Source of the DNA: Podarcis melisellensis
Lineage: Eukaryota
Assembly: GCA_964234715.1 (NCBI GenBank)
Contig: OZ174275.1
Length of the DNA stretch: 64,000 nt
Strand: one strand, 5' to 3'
The translations under genes and the position numbers were made by a program. Shown in pieces: positions 12,738-25,879 of this stretch. Within the stretch, counting starts at the first letter, position 1, and the number at the start of each line of letters is the position of its first letter. A model generated the notes under the pieces. That model was given only the letters and a program-made list of their open reading frames with translations, was not told the DNA's origin and did no database searches.

Positions 12738-14350
12738 CTGAACACAGACGCACAAAAGAAAACACAAAAGGAAAGGAAAAGAAAAAGACTTCAGAAAGAA
12801 AAACTGAAAAGAGTTGGATGAAGTGAATGTTGGTGAGGACTGTGGCTACAGCTATGAGAAACATTCATACATGTCAAAGAGTTGCAGAATTGCAGTTGAG
12901 CTGCATGCCTTATAATGTCAGGAAACTGTTGTCCGCTTTTTAAAAAAAGTGTTCCTAGTTGTAGTCTTTATCAATGAATTCACTGCTGATCATATATAAC
13001 CAACAGCCTGAAACTCTCTTCTAAAGTCAGATGTAGTAGGAATTATTATTATTATTATTATTGATCATCTTAACAACTAGGCTTGAATAGCTGTTGATGA
13101 TAACTGAGCGAAGGGGGAGCTATATAAAGTGGAGATCACACTAAGTCCTCATGCATCTCAGTGATCAAAGCAATCTCCAGTTGCACTAGGCTTGAAGGTT
13201 CAATACAAACAGTAAGACAATAGGCTTTGTCAAACACTGTTTGTTTTTTTTTAAAAGATACCTCGCCCTGTTACAGAGCAGCTGAGCACAAACCTTATCA
13301 AGAACAGAGAAAAAGCCTTGAGCCACAAACTCATCAGCTGTGCTGGCTGTCAAAGTCAGAATCAAAGTCAGAAGCCATGTGTCTTCAAACTAGAGTTTGA
13401 TTGAGGCAACTGAAGTAACAGATTCAGAACCTTTTATAGGAACTTGTTTCTTCTGTGATATTTGACTGGGCAACCAGGAGAGCCCCTAAGCATAAGGCAA
13501 AAATCTTTAGAGTGCCCCAAAACATACATAAATTGGAACTGGACACTTTGATCCAGGAAAACAGGGGTGAAGCAGAAGGCTGTGCTCAACCCACAGCTGC
13601 CTATAGAGCATGCCCTCATCTTCTAGCCTGAAGTTAAGATATGATCCTCAGCAGTTTCCTAGAATTATGTGCACCGCAAGTGTTACATGCCTTCTCCTTC
13701 CCTAACAACATCTGTTTACATATCTTCTCTTCTGGAAATGCAATCAGAAACTCATTTCCACACCAGGGTTGCCCTAGTGAAGGAGATTCGAAAACTAAAC
13801 CTTCAACACCAACTGCACAGCTCCAAAGGCTCTTTGCCAGTCTTTTAAATCTATTGAATACATCGGCCTGAGTATGCAAAGTTTTAAAAGGCACAAAGAG
13901 AAAAGTGACCCATCTTCAAGTTTTTTACAATTGCCAGGTATAGAGAAAGGTTTTTAAATTGCAGCAGGATGGAAACAGGTGAATACTCTGCAATCAACAG
14001 ATTGTCAGCAAAATTGATTCAGAACTTAAATTGTACTCTGTGCAATCAAGTGTGACCAATACCACATTGTTTTATCTATAAAGAGACAGAATTTTTGTAG
14101 AAGTGAAATGTATGCACAAGGAAATTTATCATTAGGCACAGATGCAGTAAACTATCATTTAGTTTTCAGTAACCTTCATTTTTGTATTTGTCTAACAATC
14201 TGTAATATTCAATTTCTTAAAACGTTAACTAAAAATACAAGTGTCTGTAAACTAAAACATGCCTTGTTGGCAAACATGACAGTACAGCTAGTTGCCTCTC
14301 TGAAAGAGGCATGCTGGAAAACATACAATGGTCTCTGAAAAATTGTTTAC

Positions 14351-14438
14351 CTGTGATGGTGGAGAAGTAGAAAAAGAGGTGGTGCAGGCTTCTTGAGAAT
14401 CTTCCACTGATGGGTATGCATTTTCCTCACCAGCTGTT
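14351..14438 (-). CDS. ATG13: ATG13 coding exon 9 ([29 protein letters not shown])
   Basis: 88 nt, ttacag / gtaaac; visible in ORF 14288..14503. Confidence 0.94.
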
Positions 14439-14726
14439 CTGTAACAGGAGGAGATAAACTTCAAAATGGGAATGTTCAATAAAACGCAAGATTTAATGTA
14501 CATACAGAGACAGACATTGTAGACAGACCCAGAACATCTGAGTGGAGTTGAAAGGAGAATTATGAAGGAGCTCTAACTCTTTCCTTATCGGGGTTTAAAT
14601 AAATGCTACTAGATTAAGATTTTATTTGTCCAGGAGAAGGATGAAACATTATTCTCATATCTGCCTTCTAGTTTTTGTTAGGAAGACTCTTCCTGATAAA
14701 TGTTACCTATGCTGCCAGCTGTAGAG

Positions 14727-14811
14727 CATAGCTGTCAACGTTTCCCTTTTTTTAAGGGAAATTCCCTTATTCCAAATAGGATCCCTCACAAGGGAAAAGT
14801 TGACAGCTATA
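14727..14811. mobile_element. 85-bp hAT-type MITE
   Basis: TIR CATAGCTGTCAAC / GTTGACAGCTATA; perfect 8-bp TSD CTGTAGAG. Confidence 0.85.
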
Positions 14812-15646
14812 CTGTAGAGATGTACAAAATGTAGCTTCAAAGCCAGTTTAAAGCACCTTATCATTTCTTTTGGTCTGACTGCAAAGGAAATGTTTATAAA
14901 ATAAAACCTTTTACTAAAACAACCTTTTGATTTTGATGACCACCTGTTATGTATGCTTCAGTTGAGATTCCTGCACTGCAGAGGACTGGACTAGAGGACC
15001 CTTCAAACTCTAAAATTCTATGATTCTTTGTCAAAGTATTATACATTGCAATGGGTTGGCTCTAGGCTTCCCATAAGTGGAATTCCACTCACAAGGAGGG
15101 GGTAGTTATTAATCAGTTCCTAGTTTCACTGCTCCTGAGGGTTGCAAAAAGTGAGGGAGATGGCATACCTCCGGTCCCTCTTCCTCCAGCAGAAGCATCT
15201 GCTGATAAACACTCCCTTTCACAAATTAAAGTAGACCCAGTATTTGAAAACTATATGAAATAAATGAACCACGAATGCTTTTGAATACTGACACTTGAGT
15301 GTACAAACACTAAAATCAATGCTTTCAATGCACTGTGTTAGCTTTCTTCTGCAACTCATTTCACTTAGCAGTAAAGAGTTTTCACTCTGCATACTATTTT
15401 TTCTGATTATATACTAATGATGCAAATGAGAATTCAAGTGAACCACTGTCTACGTGAACTAGAGAGAGTCTGAAAGTCTAAGAACCCTCATATGCCATTC
15501 ACCCACTTCTTATAGACTAGAAAATGAAGGGTTTTCCATTTCATGTAAGGACTTTTTCTTTTCTCCACCCAGCAGTGCATGATGTAGAGGCTCTGTATTT
15601 GGGAAGAACTGCCTTCACCTATGATCTGTGATTTGTATTTCCTCAC

Positions 15647-15745
15647 CTGTAATTGCAGGGATGCATGGGTGAGGAGCTGGGGTAGGGACGGTCCACAAAG
15701 TGATCAATGATAATCCCCATGATAGGTGGGGTCCTCTCAAACTGC
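15647..15745 (-). CDS. ATG13: ATG13 coding exon 8 ([33 protein letters not shown])
   Basis: 99 nt, tgcag / gtgagg. Confidence 0.95.
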
Positions 15746-15985
15746 CTGCAATGCAACAAGCAAATGGTGTTATTCATAAGACTGTGTTCTCTTCTCTGCT
15801 GCAACCCCAATTCTGACAGCTAGACTGCTCTTCTGCATCAGTTAATGGGAAGCAGAGCATCCCCACAATTCAACCCTGCAACTCCACACATGAACAAGGA
15901 AATTGGTGTTCAGGAGCATGACTCAGGGCTACCAAATGGAAAGCGTCCTGGAAAATGTGGCTTAGTTTGACTCTCATGTTCTCAC

Positions 15986-16082
15986 CTGGTAGACATGAAA
16001 GCTAGGTTGATTCTGTAGGCACAGGACAAAGTGATGGTGCCTAATGGAGTACCCACTGTCCCAACACGGACGGTCTGAAATC
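15986..16082 (-). CDS. ATG13: ATG13 coding exon 7 ([32 protein letters not shown])
   Basis: 97 nt, ccatag / gtgaga. Confidence 0.95.
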
Positions 16083-16515
16083 CTATGGAAATAGAAGAAA
16101 AATTACCAATAATGATAATTAATAATAATAAAATAATAATTTAATTGTCAGCATTAAAGATAAAGATTGATTTGCCATTTCTCTGTTGCTGAATGACAGT
16201 TTATGTCATTCTGCTAGCACCAAAGGGATAACAATATGCTCTCCTGCCATATCCCTTACTGAAGGCATACCTCTTCCTAATAAAACTCTCAGCACCTTTT
16301 TAAAAAAAAGTTATTTTACTAATTGTGCTAGTCCATGTAGGGACTGATGCACTTGCTATATTGCTATTATTGACCTCCAGTAGGGGAATATCCTAATTCC
16401 CCCTACATCCAAAATCCTTCATTTTCTTCTTATATTCTCCCTGACTGTTTTGTTACTGGTATATAGTAGTTATTTTTTTAAGTCTTCAGCTAGTTTCTTC
16501 ATTGCCAAACCATAC

Positions 16516-16554
16516 CTTCTCCCAAGCCACTCAGCTGAACTTCTCCGAAGTATA

Positions 16555-16556
<2 letters not shown>
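16516..16556 (-). CDS. ATG13: ATG13 coding exon 6 (IYFGEVQLSGLGEG)
   Basis: 41 nt, (tc)n-atag / gtatgg. Confidence 0.93.

Positions 16557-16560
<4 letters not shown>

Positions 16561-16599
<39 letters not shown>
16561..16599. repeat. (GA)19 microsatellite
   Basis: Direct read. Confidence 0.97.
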
Positions 16600-16600
<1 letters not shown>

Positions 16601-17203
16601 ACATTAAACATAGTCTACTAGGTAGTATAAAGTCAGGTGCACCAAGTGTTTATCATTGAGCTGTGTCTTCTGATTTACAAAGTACTTTACAAGATTAAGA
16701 TTCTTTACCCATACAATATTTATCTGAGTATTATTGCCTTTTACTCATGAGTAACTGGGACTGAAAGACAGCAGTTTGTCCAATGCCATCATCCAGTAAA
16801 TTCATGGCTGAGCTGGAAATCTGAACCCACAGCTGATATGCTATTCACTGGTCAGCAGATGAACCAGAAATACCATTGTAAGACCCAATTCAGGCTTGCC
16901 TTTTCTATTTAAAAAAGATCCCCCCTCACCCGCCAAACCTTTAGCAGTCCGAAAACTTTCTACCAGACATGTTCTAAGACAAAGATGGGAGGAAAAAGTT
17001 ATGTTTTAACTAAGGATCCTTTTAAAGGAAACAACTGAGGAAGTAAGTTGGCTTTTAAAGGGAAAGATATTCTAAGAATATGGAGAAGCTAAAGAAAAAT
17101 AATGAAGCGTTGATCAAGAATTGCAAAATACCATAGGAAAAAATGAGTGGGAAAAGTGCATAAGAGCCAATAGTTCTATTGTTTCTATTTCAATATTTAT
17201 TAC

Positions 17204-17344
17204 CTGTACAATATTACATATTCATGACCTTGTTTCCTAGAGAGTCTGTAGGCAGGAGTCACCCTTGTTATAGCAAGTAAAGACTTCAGTAATAGAGACA
17301 GTCTGTTGTACACAGTGTAGGAAACTTTGATTTCTTTATCACAC
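17204..17344 (-). CDS. ATG13: ATG13 coding exon 5 ([15 protein letters not shown]...YVILYR)
   Basis: 141 nt, tttag / gtaata. Confidence 0.95.
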
Positions 17345-18567
17345 CTAAAAAGCACACAGAAAGAGTTAGTCCAATATTCTCAATGAAGTGACACAAAGTA
17401 CACCAATACAAGCTAGAGACAGTGACATTTGGGGTCTACATTAGATTTAGCCATGTAAAATAGAAGCAATTGAGATTACAACCTGCCCTTAGAAACACAA
17501 TCTATTCATATACCTCATGCAATTTGTTCCCAAAGAATATTTATCTAATTGCAAAAAAGTATTTGCAGAAGTTACAAATAATCTTGTACTAGAATTAATT
17601 ACTGTAAGTTTTTGAGCATTTTGAAGCTTATTTTCTTACAAAGCTTGTAGATACCTATATAATTATCTTGCATAATTCTTATTTGTAATCAATTAGAAAT
17701 CCTTGTACTTCAGCACAAGATACACATGACTTTAAATACTGAACAGGTATGTTCTGTGAAAAGACACTTGAATTTCTCAGCTAACAGATACCAAGAGTTC
17801 TCTCTTACTTGAATGATAAATGTGATAAAACCTTAAGTCCCTTTGCAATTTTTCTATAGTCTAGGAGACAAGCAAAAGCTACGAAGCAGCAGGTGCTTGT
17901 GGTTAATTATGTTTGCCTAATGCAGAATTATAAAAAAAAACAGAACTAAACTGCTGACTCATTGTAGATAATTTAACTCCAGTGTCTTCTACAACATTGT
18001 TAAATCAAAACAGGCCATTTAAATCATGGGTCAATAGGAGGATTTATTTTAGAGCTTTCTGCCATCTAATAATAACTGCCCTTTTAGATCCAGGGTGGAT
18101 TGATTTAAATTAGTCATTTAAAATCACCAACAACCAAAACAACCAACAGAAAACAATCTAATTTAACTCAACTTTCCTATTTCGTAATTCATGCATTTCC
18201 TAAACCTGAGTGCACACGGAGTGGTTGCTATTACCATTTAACCATATTGGCTTGCAACTATAGTCATTGAAGATAATCCAAACCTCACATGGTTTTAGCT
18301 CTACCCTGTTATATCTGCTTCAAGGCAAGTGGGGAAACTGTGAACATGACTAAGAACATAAGAAGAGTCCTGCTGAATCAGACCAAATAACTATTTAGTT
18401 GAGTGGCCAACCACTGTGGGAAGCCCACAAACAGAACATGAGTGCAACAGCCCTCTCCCATTGTTGTTTCCCAGCAACTAGTATTCAGATGAAGTCCTGC
18501 GCCCTTATGCACTCAGTCAGCCAAGAAATATCAGCTTATTGGACAAGAATCAGCAACACACACTTAC

Positions 18568-18614
18568 TTTTCATTCATTTCCAAACACCAAATTTCCAAC
18601 TCCATGGAATCCCC
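18568..18614 (-). CDS. ATG13: ATG13 coding exon 4 (GDSMELEIWCLEMNEK)
   Basis: 47 nt, ctgcag / gtaagt. Confidence 0.95.
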
Positions 18615-19213
18615 CTGCAGTGGAAAGAGGAATGTTTAAATAACATCTTTGTGAGATGCTCAATGAATGGGAAAAACCTGCAAAATAGGTTTATCAACTT
18701 TTTTGATCTTACTGTGGTCCCTTTGGAAGTTGAATGGAGACACAAAATTCAAAATACTACACGTAATAATGAATTTGTAGCTATGGTTTGCTCCTTCTGA
18801 TTCATAAGTTTAAAGATTTGTATATATAAACAGGGGTACCTTTTCCCCCTTGTGAGATGCGCCCAGCTTCCTTTTGACTTCAAATGACAAATATACCTAC
18901 AAATGGCCTCAACAGTTTGGCCCCACCCCACATGCTTCTGATGGGCTGTTTGTTTGTTGAAAGCAGTTTGTTTGCTTGTTTAAAGCTCAACCCTATACGT
19001 GGTAACCATCATACAGTTCATTTTTTTATTTTTCTAATGATGATTATTTTAAAAACAGATACTGTATTTAGGCTGAAAAACTGTTTTGGATAGTTAGGGT
19101 GCCTCTACACAGCCCTCTATAAAGAATGTGACAACAACATAGTAACTGCAGTTTATGACCTAGGGTGGCTCTTTTTTATGTATAGACTCTCCTTAACAGT
19201 GTCCAATACATAC

Positions 19214-19333
19214 CTCAGAGGTTTTGAGAGAGATTTCCACACACATTGACCGCCCAACAGCAGGCAGCTGTCCTGCCAAGGCTTTTTTTGCTTCATGGGT
19301 AACTTCTGGGATATCTTTGATTGCCAAGTTGAA
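19214..19333 (-). CDS. ATG13: ATG13 coding exon 3 ([11 protein letters not shown]...SLKTSE)
   Basis: 120 nt, ttgcag / gtatgt. Confidence 0.95.
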
Positions 19334-19412
19334 CTGCAAAATTAAGAGAATTGATTTTACTTTTGAGGAACTTATTTGAGAAATCTACCATGTGTCACAC
19401 AACATGAATGTA

Positions 19413-19889
19413 CCATATTTTTCGCCCCATAGGACGCACCTAGTTTTTTTGGGGGGAAATAAAGGGGAAAAAATTTATTCCCCCCCCCTCCAGGTCCACT
19501 GTGCTAAGCCCGAAGCTTGGGGTGTGCTGAGCTCAGCAAGCCCCAAGCTTCTGGGTGCCAGCAAGGTCTCCACTAGCTGTGGGAGAGCCGCACGGCTCTC
19601 CCAGGGCTAGCAGAGTGCTACGCTAATCCCAAAGCTTGGGGTGAGCGGAGCTCAGCGCGCCCCAAGCTTCTGGGTGCCAGCAAGGTCTCCGCTAGCCTTG
19701 GGAGAGCTGGGTCTCTCACGGCTAGTGGATAGCTTCCTGAAGCCTGGAGAGCGAGAGGGGTCGGTGCGCACCGACCCCCCTCGCTCTCCAGGCTTCAGCG
19801 AAAGCCTGCATTTGCCCCATAGGACGCACACACATTTCCCCTTCATTTTTGGAGGGGAAAAAGTGCGTCTTATAGGGCGAAAAATACGG
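19413..19889. mobile_element. Tc2/pogo-like non-autonomous DNA transposon with GC-rich, palindromic interior
   Basis: TIR CCATATTTTTCGCCCCATAGGACGCAC / GTGCGTCTTATAGGGCGAAAAATACGG, TA flanks. Confidence 0.85.
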
Positions 19890-19912
19890 TATGTATTGGA
19901 ACTTACAACTTA

Positions 19913-20073
19913 CTGTATTTACTCAAATGTAATGCACACCTTTTTTTTGCCACATTTCATCACAAAAATTAGTGTGCGCATTAGATTTGATGCCGTATTT
20001 ACATTCACAAGTAAATACTTTTTTGGTTTCCAGGTTTTGAAATTTGAGGTACACATTAGATTCGTATAAAGAT
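19913..20073. mobile_element. Older Tc2-like MITE adjacent to the previous one
   Basis: Degenerate TIRs CTGTATTTACTCAAATGTAATGCAC / GTACACATTAGATTCGTATAAAGATG. Confidence 0.6.
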
Positions 20074-20497
20074 GACAACAGGACAAAATATTCTCTGCTG
20101 TCACACACTGATGATTACTAATAACAGTCTTGCTTTACTTTTTTTTGTAAAGCAGATAATATCATCACAAAAATTTCCCAGCTTTCCCCTGCCTTGTTCT
20201 CTCTATTTACAGTCCCTCTCTTGAGAGCTTTTATCAGAGCCACAGATGAAAAGCAATTAAGAGAAATCTACCCAGAATCAGCTGAGGTAGAAACTATTCA
20301 GACATATATATTATTTTTATATCCAGTACCACAAGATGCCCAAATAGTAGTTTTATGTGGTTAAAAAGAAAAGGAATACTGTTTTAACATTTTTGCATGG
20401 TTCTATGTTTGCAGTTCTGCTTCAGTCTTTTGTTTCCTGTATCTTAACATGACACAAGTATGGGAATAATGGGATTGCTATGAGGAATATACTTTAC

Positions 20498-20578
20498 CCA
20501 GTCAGAGCCTGTTGGCGAGGATGATGATCGAGTACAGATTTTTTCACCAAGTCGGGCCTGGACAATCACTTGTACAGT
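20498..20578 (-). CDS. ATG13: ATG13 coding exon 2 ([27 protein letters not shown])
   Basis: 81 nt, tttcag / gtaaag boundaries. Confidence 0.95.
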
Positions 20579-21296
20579 CTGAAAGAGAAAATATGAGTTT
20601 TGTGAGAAGTCAAGATTTGTAACTAAACAAGAGAGAGATGAAATGAAACACAGAAAAAAAAGTAACCGCTTTCACTACTTCCGTGTTTTTGTTGGTCTTC
20701 CATGATTTTATCCTTCCCCTCTTGCTGTCGAGATCATTCACCTCTCTTGTTGGTAAAACCATACATTTCTCCTTTAATCTGTACTTACGCTTTACCAGCT
20801 TGCTCTGCAACTTCTATACTAATCTCAGTCAATCAGCGCAGGACAATCAATGGGTGCTATAGGATGCTGTCTATAAGCAAGGCTTTGATATCTAGATACC
20901 TCCCTTCCCTTCCCTAACCTCACCACTGTGTGGCTTCCTGCTTTGTCTACCTGGAATCCCAGTTCCAAATCCCTTTCCTTGACTCTTAAGCATATGTCAT
21001 TCAGTCCCAAGGTCTGCAGACAAGTCACCTGACAGTCAAATAAGAGCTTGTCATATTCAAAAGCTGGATGACTATGGGGCTTTGTTTTGATACTATAATC
21101 TATATTTTTAGAAATCCAAATGAAGTCAGAGATCAGCAGAAAATGTTGTTTTAAAAGGTTTTGACATTGCATCAGTCAACATTATGGCACAGCAGCATGT
21201 GGCACTGCAATAAGTATAGGGAGTTTTGGTTTGTCACAGTGCAACAGGAATGTGGATTTATTTTTTTTACTTCTATTCCAAAAAACAAAAAATTAC

Positions 21297-21365
21297 CTTC
21301 AGGGCAAAAAATTTGATGAACTTGTCCAGGTCCTTCCTGTCCTGGGAGCTGAGGTCAGTGTCCAT
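21297..21365 (-). CDS. ATG13: ATG13 coding exon 1 ([23 protein letters not shown])
   Basis: ATG in GCAATGG context; donor GTAATT; acceptor at 21379-21380. Confidence 0.95.
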
Positions 21366-23347
21366 TGCATATGGAAATCTAGAATAGAACAGGCATAAAT
21401 ATTCCAATTTGTTACTAACAGGAGAGCTTACTATATTATTTAAACTAATCAAAGTTAATGAACTTCAGGAAACTATGGTAATCTTAAAGAGACATAAAAC
21501 TAATCTTAACCTTGCTGAGATAAATTTGTGTGAATTACATTAATAAACTACTAGCCACGAAGAGAATATGCACCAGTGAAAAGTTTATGTGCATTTTCAA
21601 AATCACCTCAGTTGTTATGGGAACTGGAGCAGGAAAAGATCACATTTCATTTAAGCTGCTGAACTTGCTAGAACTAAGTGCCAAATGAGTTTGGTCATTA
21701 TATGCATTTAAAGAAGCACATTTGTACAAAGCAATGAGAGTCTACACATGGAAGTCATTTTTTGCATAAAAATTGACCTATGTAGGCAGCAGAGCAGTAC
21801 TGGCAGGTGACTGACCCCCTGATGGCAGTATAGCTGATGATATTTTTATTAAGTCCTCCAATTGTGTTGCTGGAGTGGATATGTGGACAGAGCTGGCATT
21901 TGTCATGTCACAGCCATACTGTAGCTATGTGCTAAATAAAAATAACAAGTCATACTTATGAGCAGGTGCTAGTCTGTGAAAGTTCATGCCATAATAAATG
22001 TCTTCCAGATACCCCCAGACACTCCCCACCATCCCATCTCTCCACCATCCCAGAATGTTTCACAGGTACATTCCTTGAAACAATATGTTAAAATGCAATG
22101 GACTCAGCACTGGGCAAAAGTGCAAAGTACACCTGAATAATACTGTCTCTTTCTCTAAACAGGTGTGATATTTGATAAACTATTTCATTTCTTGATAAAT
22201 GAACAATGATACCTACCTAGTTATAATGAAACTGTGACAGATAAAATGCAGTGTAGAACAAAAAGGGCCAACAGATTTGACCTAAGCTGTAGTTAGGAAA
22301 ATTTGCATGTTTGCTTGCTGAAAATAAAGTTTTATATAACAGAATTTGACCAATATATGGATCATGAGCTGGATACAGACTAAGTCGTGCTTGAGAAGAC
22401 CCACTGAAATCAATGGAACACAAATTGACTAACTTGTCCCGTGAATTTGAGTGGATCATGCTAAACATCACACACTATTTTTCTCAGTGATCTACCAATG
22501 TTACTGAACACAGCTGGAGCCATAATGTCAGAATATTTATTTTCAGCCCAGAGGATAACCAACATTATCTAAAAGGTGATATTTTTTACCTATGAGCTTG
22601 TCAGGTCAGGGAACTATTGGGTTCCAGGCTTCAGAAAGCCTTTTTGCAACTGACACCCCCATCCTCACATGAAAATCAATACACACAAACTGTAGCACTT
22701 ATCAAAATTTTCATTTTTGAAGTTTTGAAGAAAAACTTCCATTATATAATGGAAATCTAACACAAATTCACATATGTGACACACCTTCTTTGTGATGGTC
22801 TACTGTATATTTCAGACATGCTTGTGCTTTACTGCATGGTGGTAATTTCCATGGGACCAATCCTACTCTAAACCCTTGTTGCTTTTAGTGCCTCTTTCCT
22901 GAGTAACTATAATACACAGCATATTTAAAGCAAAATATTTCATTTATTATTATTTATATAACACAAAGCGGTTTACAAAAAAAATCAAATTAATAAGTAT
23001 TAATTAAAATGGAGTAATAAAGCAGCAAAAACAAATTACAATGACTTTTTTCCAAAAGCTAGATATCCCCTTCTCTCAGGTCAAAACTGTTCTTCAATAA
23101 CACTGTGATGGCAGGTTTCTTTTTACAGGGTAAGGAAACAGCTTTCTTTGCTCTCCATTCTGGCAGACACATTTAAAACAAAGGGTGTTAAGAAATGAGT
23201 AACCTCAACCCATATAGTATTTCAACGAGAATACAGGATGGACAATTATACTGGTTATGCCTCTCAGTGCAGTGATTCTAGAACCTTCACAAGGTACTAG
23301 AATATCAGAGATACTTCATGATTCTCAGGTTACAGATCATTCACTTT

Positions 23348-23540
23348 GGGCCAAGCTGTAGCTCAGTAGTAAGGCATTAACTTTGGAGGCAGAAAGTTCC
23401 AGGTTTAATCACCAGTTAAAAGCACTTGGGTAACATGAGGATGTGAAAAACTTTGGTTCAACAACTTTGAAAGCTACTGCCAGTCAAAACAACCAATACT
23501 GGGCTAGATGCACTCAGTATAAGACAGTTTTCTATTTCAC
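23348..23540 (+). mobile_element. tRNA-derived SINE (related minus-strand copies at ~49130-49305 and ~63025-63140)
   Basis: A-box-like TAGCTCAGTAG, B-box-like GGTTTAATC, CR1-like 3' part. Confidence 0.65.
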
Positions 23541-25879
23541 AAGGCTTTCCAATTAACAGCAGCATTGCTTTCTCTAGTGCAAACTCCTTAAAAGCAGGAA
23601 AACATTTTAAAAGAGCCCAATAAAAAAATTCAAATGAAAGCCAAACACATCTGGGTGACACACAAAGCCTTTATGAACCTGCTCCTCCTTTGCCTGTTTA
23701 CAATGTTTTGAGAGTAGGGAGCAGTTGTCTTGGCAACATTTGCATCACAATCTCCTAAGAGGAACAAGAAACACTAGATAGAGCTCCAACTTAGGGGTTG
23801 ATTCTTTCAGGAGAAATAATTATCCTTGAATTCAAGTCCAGGCAGATCTAATGTATGCCACCTCACCATTAGTCTTTCTTGGACCCAGAGAACTGAGTGC
23901 AATGTTAAAGGCAAGAAATTTCAGCCTGCTCAGTACCTAGAAAGGAGAGTTTGTGGGAATCCACTGTAAGTTACTGATTTCCTGAATTAAAAAACAACAG
24001 CTACATGTAATAATAATCATTAATTATTTAACAACATTAGAAGAAAACTGACTGTATAATATTTTGGGCCAGTAAGAATATGTTGCAGTATGGAGTGCTT
24101 CTGTATAGTGCTCCAGTCAGCCAAGCCTTCCTTCCTTACACTCCTGGCATCACCCACCTCAGTCAATGTACTCAGCTTTCAATGGGCTGTTTTGACTCCC
24201 CTGCCTCAACCTAAAGATTTTTAGTACTTTTGCAAGCTGGGATACCCAGAAGCGTGCTGATATCTCTCTCTTGTGCATGCATGGTAATGTTTTGATTACA
24301 TAAACACTGGCACTTGGATAATTGAATTTGCTCTTAGTACAGATTCTATGATAGAAAGCATATGTTTATAAACTTGACAAGCTGGATCTCATTTTGTTCT
24401 GGAATGAAAATTAATTCTGTTACATTATGAACATATATTTCTAAATTTGGAGAAAATACTAAATATGATGTCCTAAAGACCTATGGTTCACTTATCCCCA
24501 TTTATTATATTTCCTAAAATAGTGAGACAGCTTACAAGAATTCCCCATTTTGTACCTCCTGAGGGCTGCTTCCAATGTGCATAGTATAATATGTGTACCT
24601 ACAACACTGCCCACTATGTGCAAGAACCATATTCTGTTTGATTTGTGTGTGCACTACAGATGTCATCAAAAGCCATGGCTGGCTCTGGGGTCCCTCAGTG
24701 AATGCAGCATACATGAAAATCAACCAGAGCAGACAAAATTCTAACACTTTACAAGGAACCCTATTGGCAGATATAGTACACAGAGGCATATGCCTTAATT
24801 CCTGTAAATATGAAGCAGCCCTATTTTAGGTTTTGAGGTAGATTTTCTTCTTGATAGGAACCAAACTATGATTATCAACTTTTTTATTCTTGTTGTTACA
24901 ACAAACTGGAAGGTAGCAAACATTGCTTAGTCCCTAAGTTAATATAAATTCTTGGGGAAAAGAAATGTAATTTTAAGGCAAATAAAAACATGTTTCTAAA
25001 ATGCCTTTTCTCTTTTATTGAAATTCAAAAAAGCCAGTGATTCTAACTAAACTATTTTTTGTTTATGTGAATGGCCTAGTTTTTCCATTACGCAATAGGT
25101 ATTTTAAAGACCCAGAGCCACATTCCAATGCAGAGTTAGGCACACCAAGACTGAAATACTAAACGTATTAACTAGAGAGAAAGTCCCACTCCTCGTAGCA
25201 GAATTGCACTGTTTTGGTTAAGATTTCAGTGAACTTAAGCATACTTGAATTTGTGTTGAATTGTGGCCCAAGAGTTAGAAAAGCCTCACATTATTTTAGT
25301 CACATGGTTGCCTGAAAGATTTAGAAATATCTCTAGATCAAAAGACCATGAGGTCAGATCACATGATGAAGACAAAGTATGCAGCATAAAGACTGGCAGC
25401 TTGATCCTCAAAGGAACACATGATGTAGAACTAGTTAGTGAAAATAGGTCCTGTGTTGCTGGAATCCTTTGAATACTGTTGCTTTAAAGCAGCTACATCA
25501 GTTATCAACAGCAGATCTGAAACAACATCAGTCAACAAAACTCCCTTTTGGCAAGGTCATGAAATCAGTTACATATATATTCAAGCTCCCACATCACACA
25601 TGCTAAGAAATTTAGTGGTGCAGCTGGGTTTAAACCCAAGGTCATGCATGTGCCACGTCATACGTTGACTACATCATATCCTCAAGGAGGTTTTATTTTC
25701 AGTACTCCTTAGGTTCTGAAAGGTTTGTCTAGAAATAAACAGTCCTCGCAGCCCTATTTTCCCTACTACCCACAACTCTATACAATCAGACTGTGATCCG
25801 CTGCTCTCCCCACCCCTACCTACTCTGTGGGAGCAGACCCATCATCCTACTCCAGCAGAAGCCTAGTCGAAACCCATCA

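Larger units (their letters stand above)
4236..21365 (-). other. ATG13: ATG13 gene span, ATG to stop (17 coding exons, 1653 nt, 550 aa; untranslated exons extend to the CpG island at ~26 kb)
   Basis: Exons assembled by hand with GT-AG boundaries and consistent phases; translation matches vertebrate ATG13 (N-terminal HORMA domain, LIR DDFVMV, C-terminal ...AFVETLQ). Confidence 0.97.

Noticed and set aside
23348-23415. tRNA gene
   Set aside because: Degenerate A/B boxes, no cloverleaf; it is a SINE head.
24532-24600. Possible ATG13 5'UTR exon ending at a GTAAGC donor
   Set aside because: No convincing acceptor could be assigned from sequence alone.
25352-25520. ATGATGA...CTGA snoRNA-like pattern
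   Set aside because: Antisense to the ATG13 host intron, too long (~155 nt), no guide recognised.
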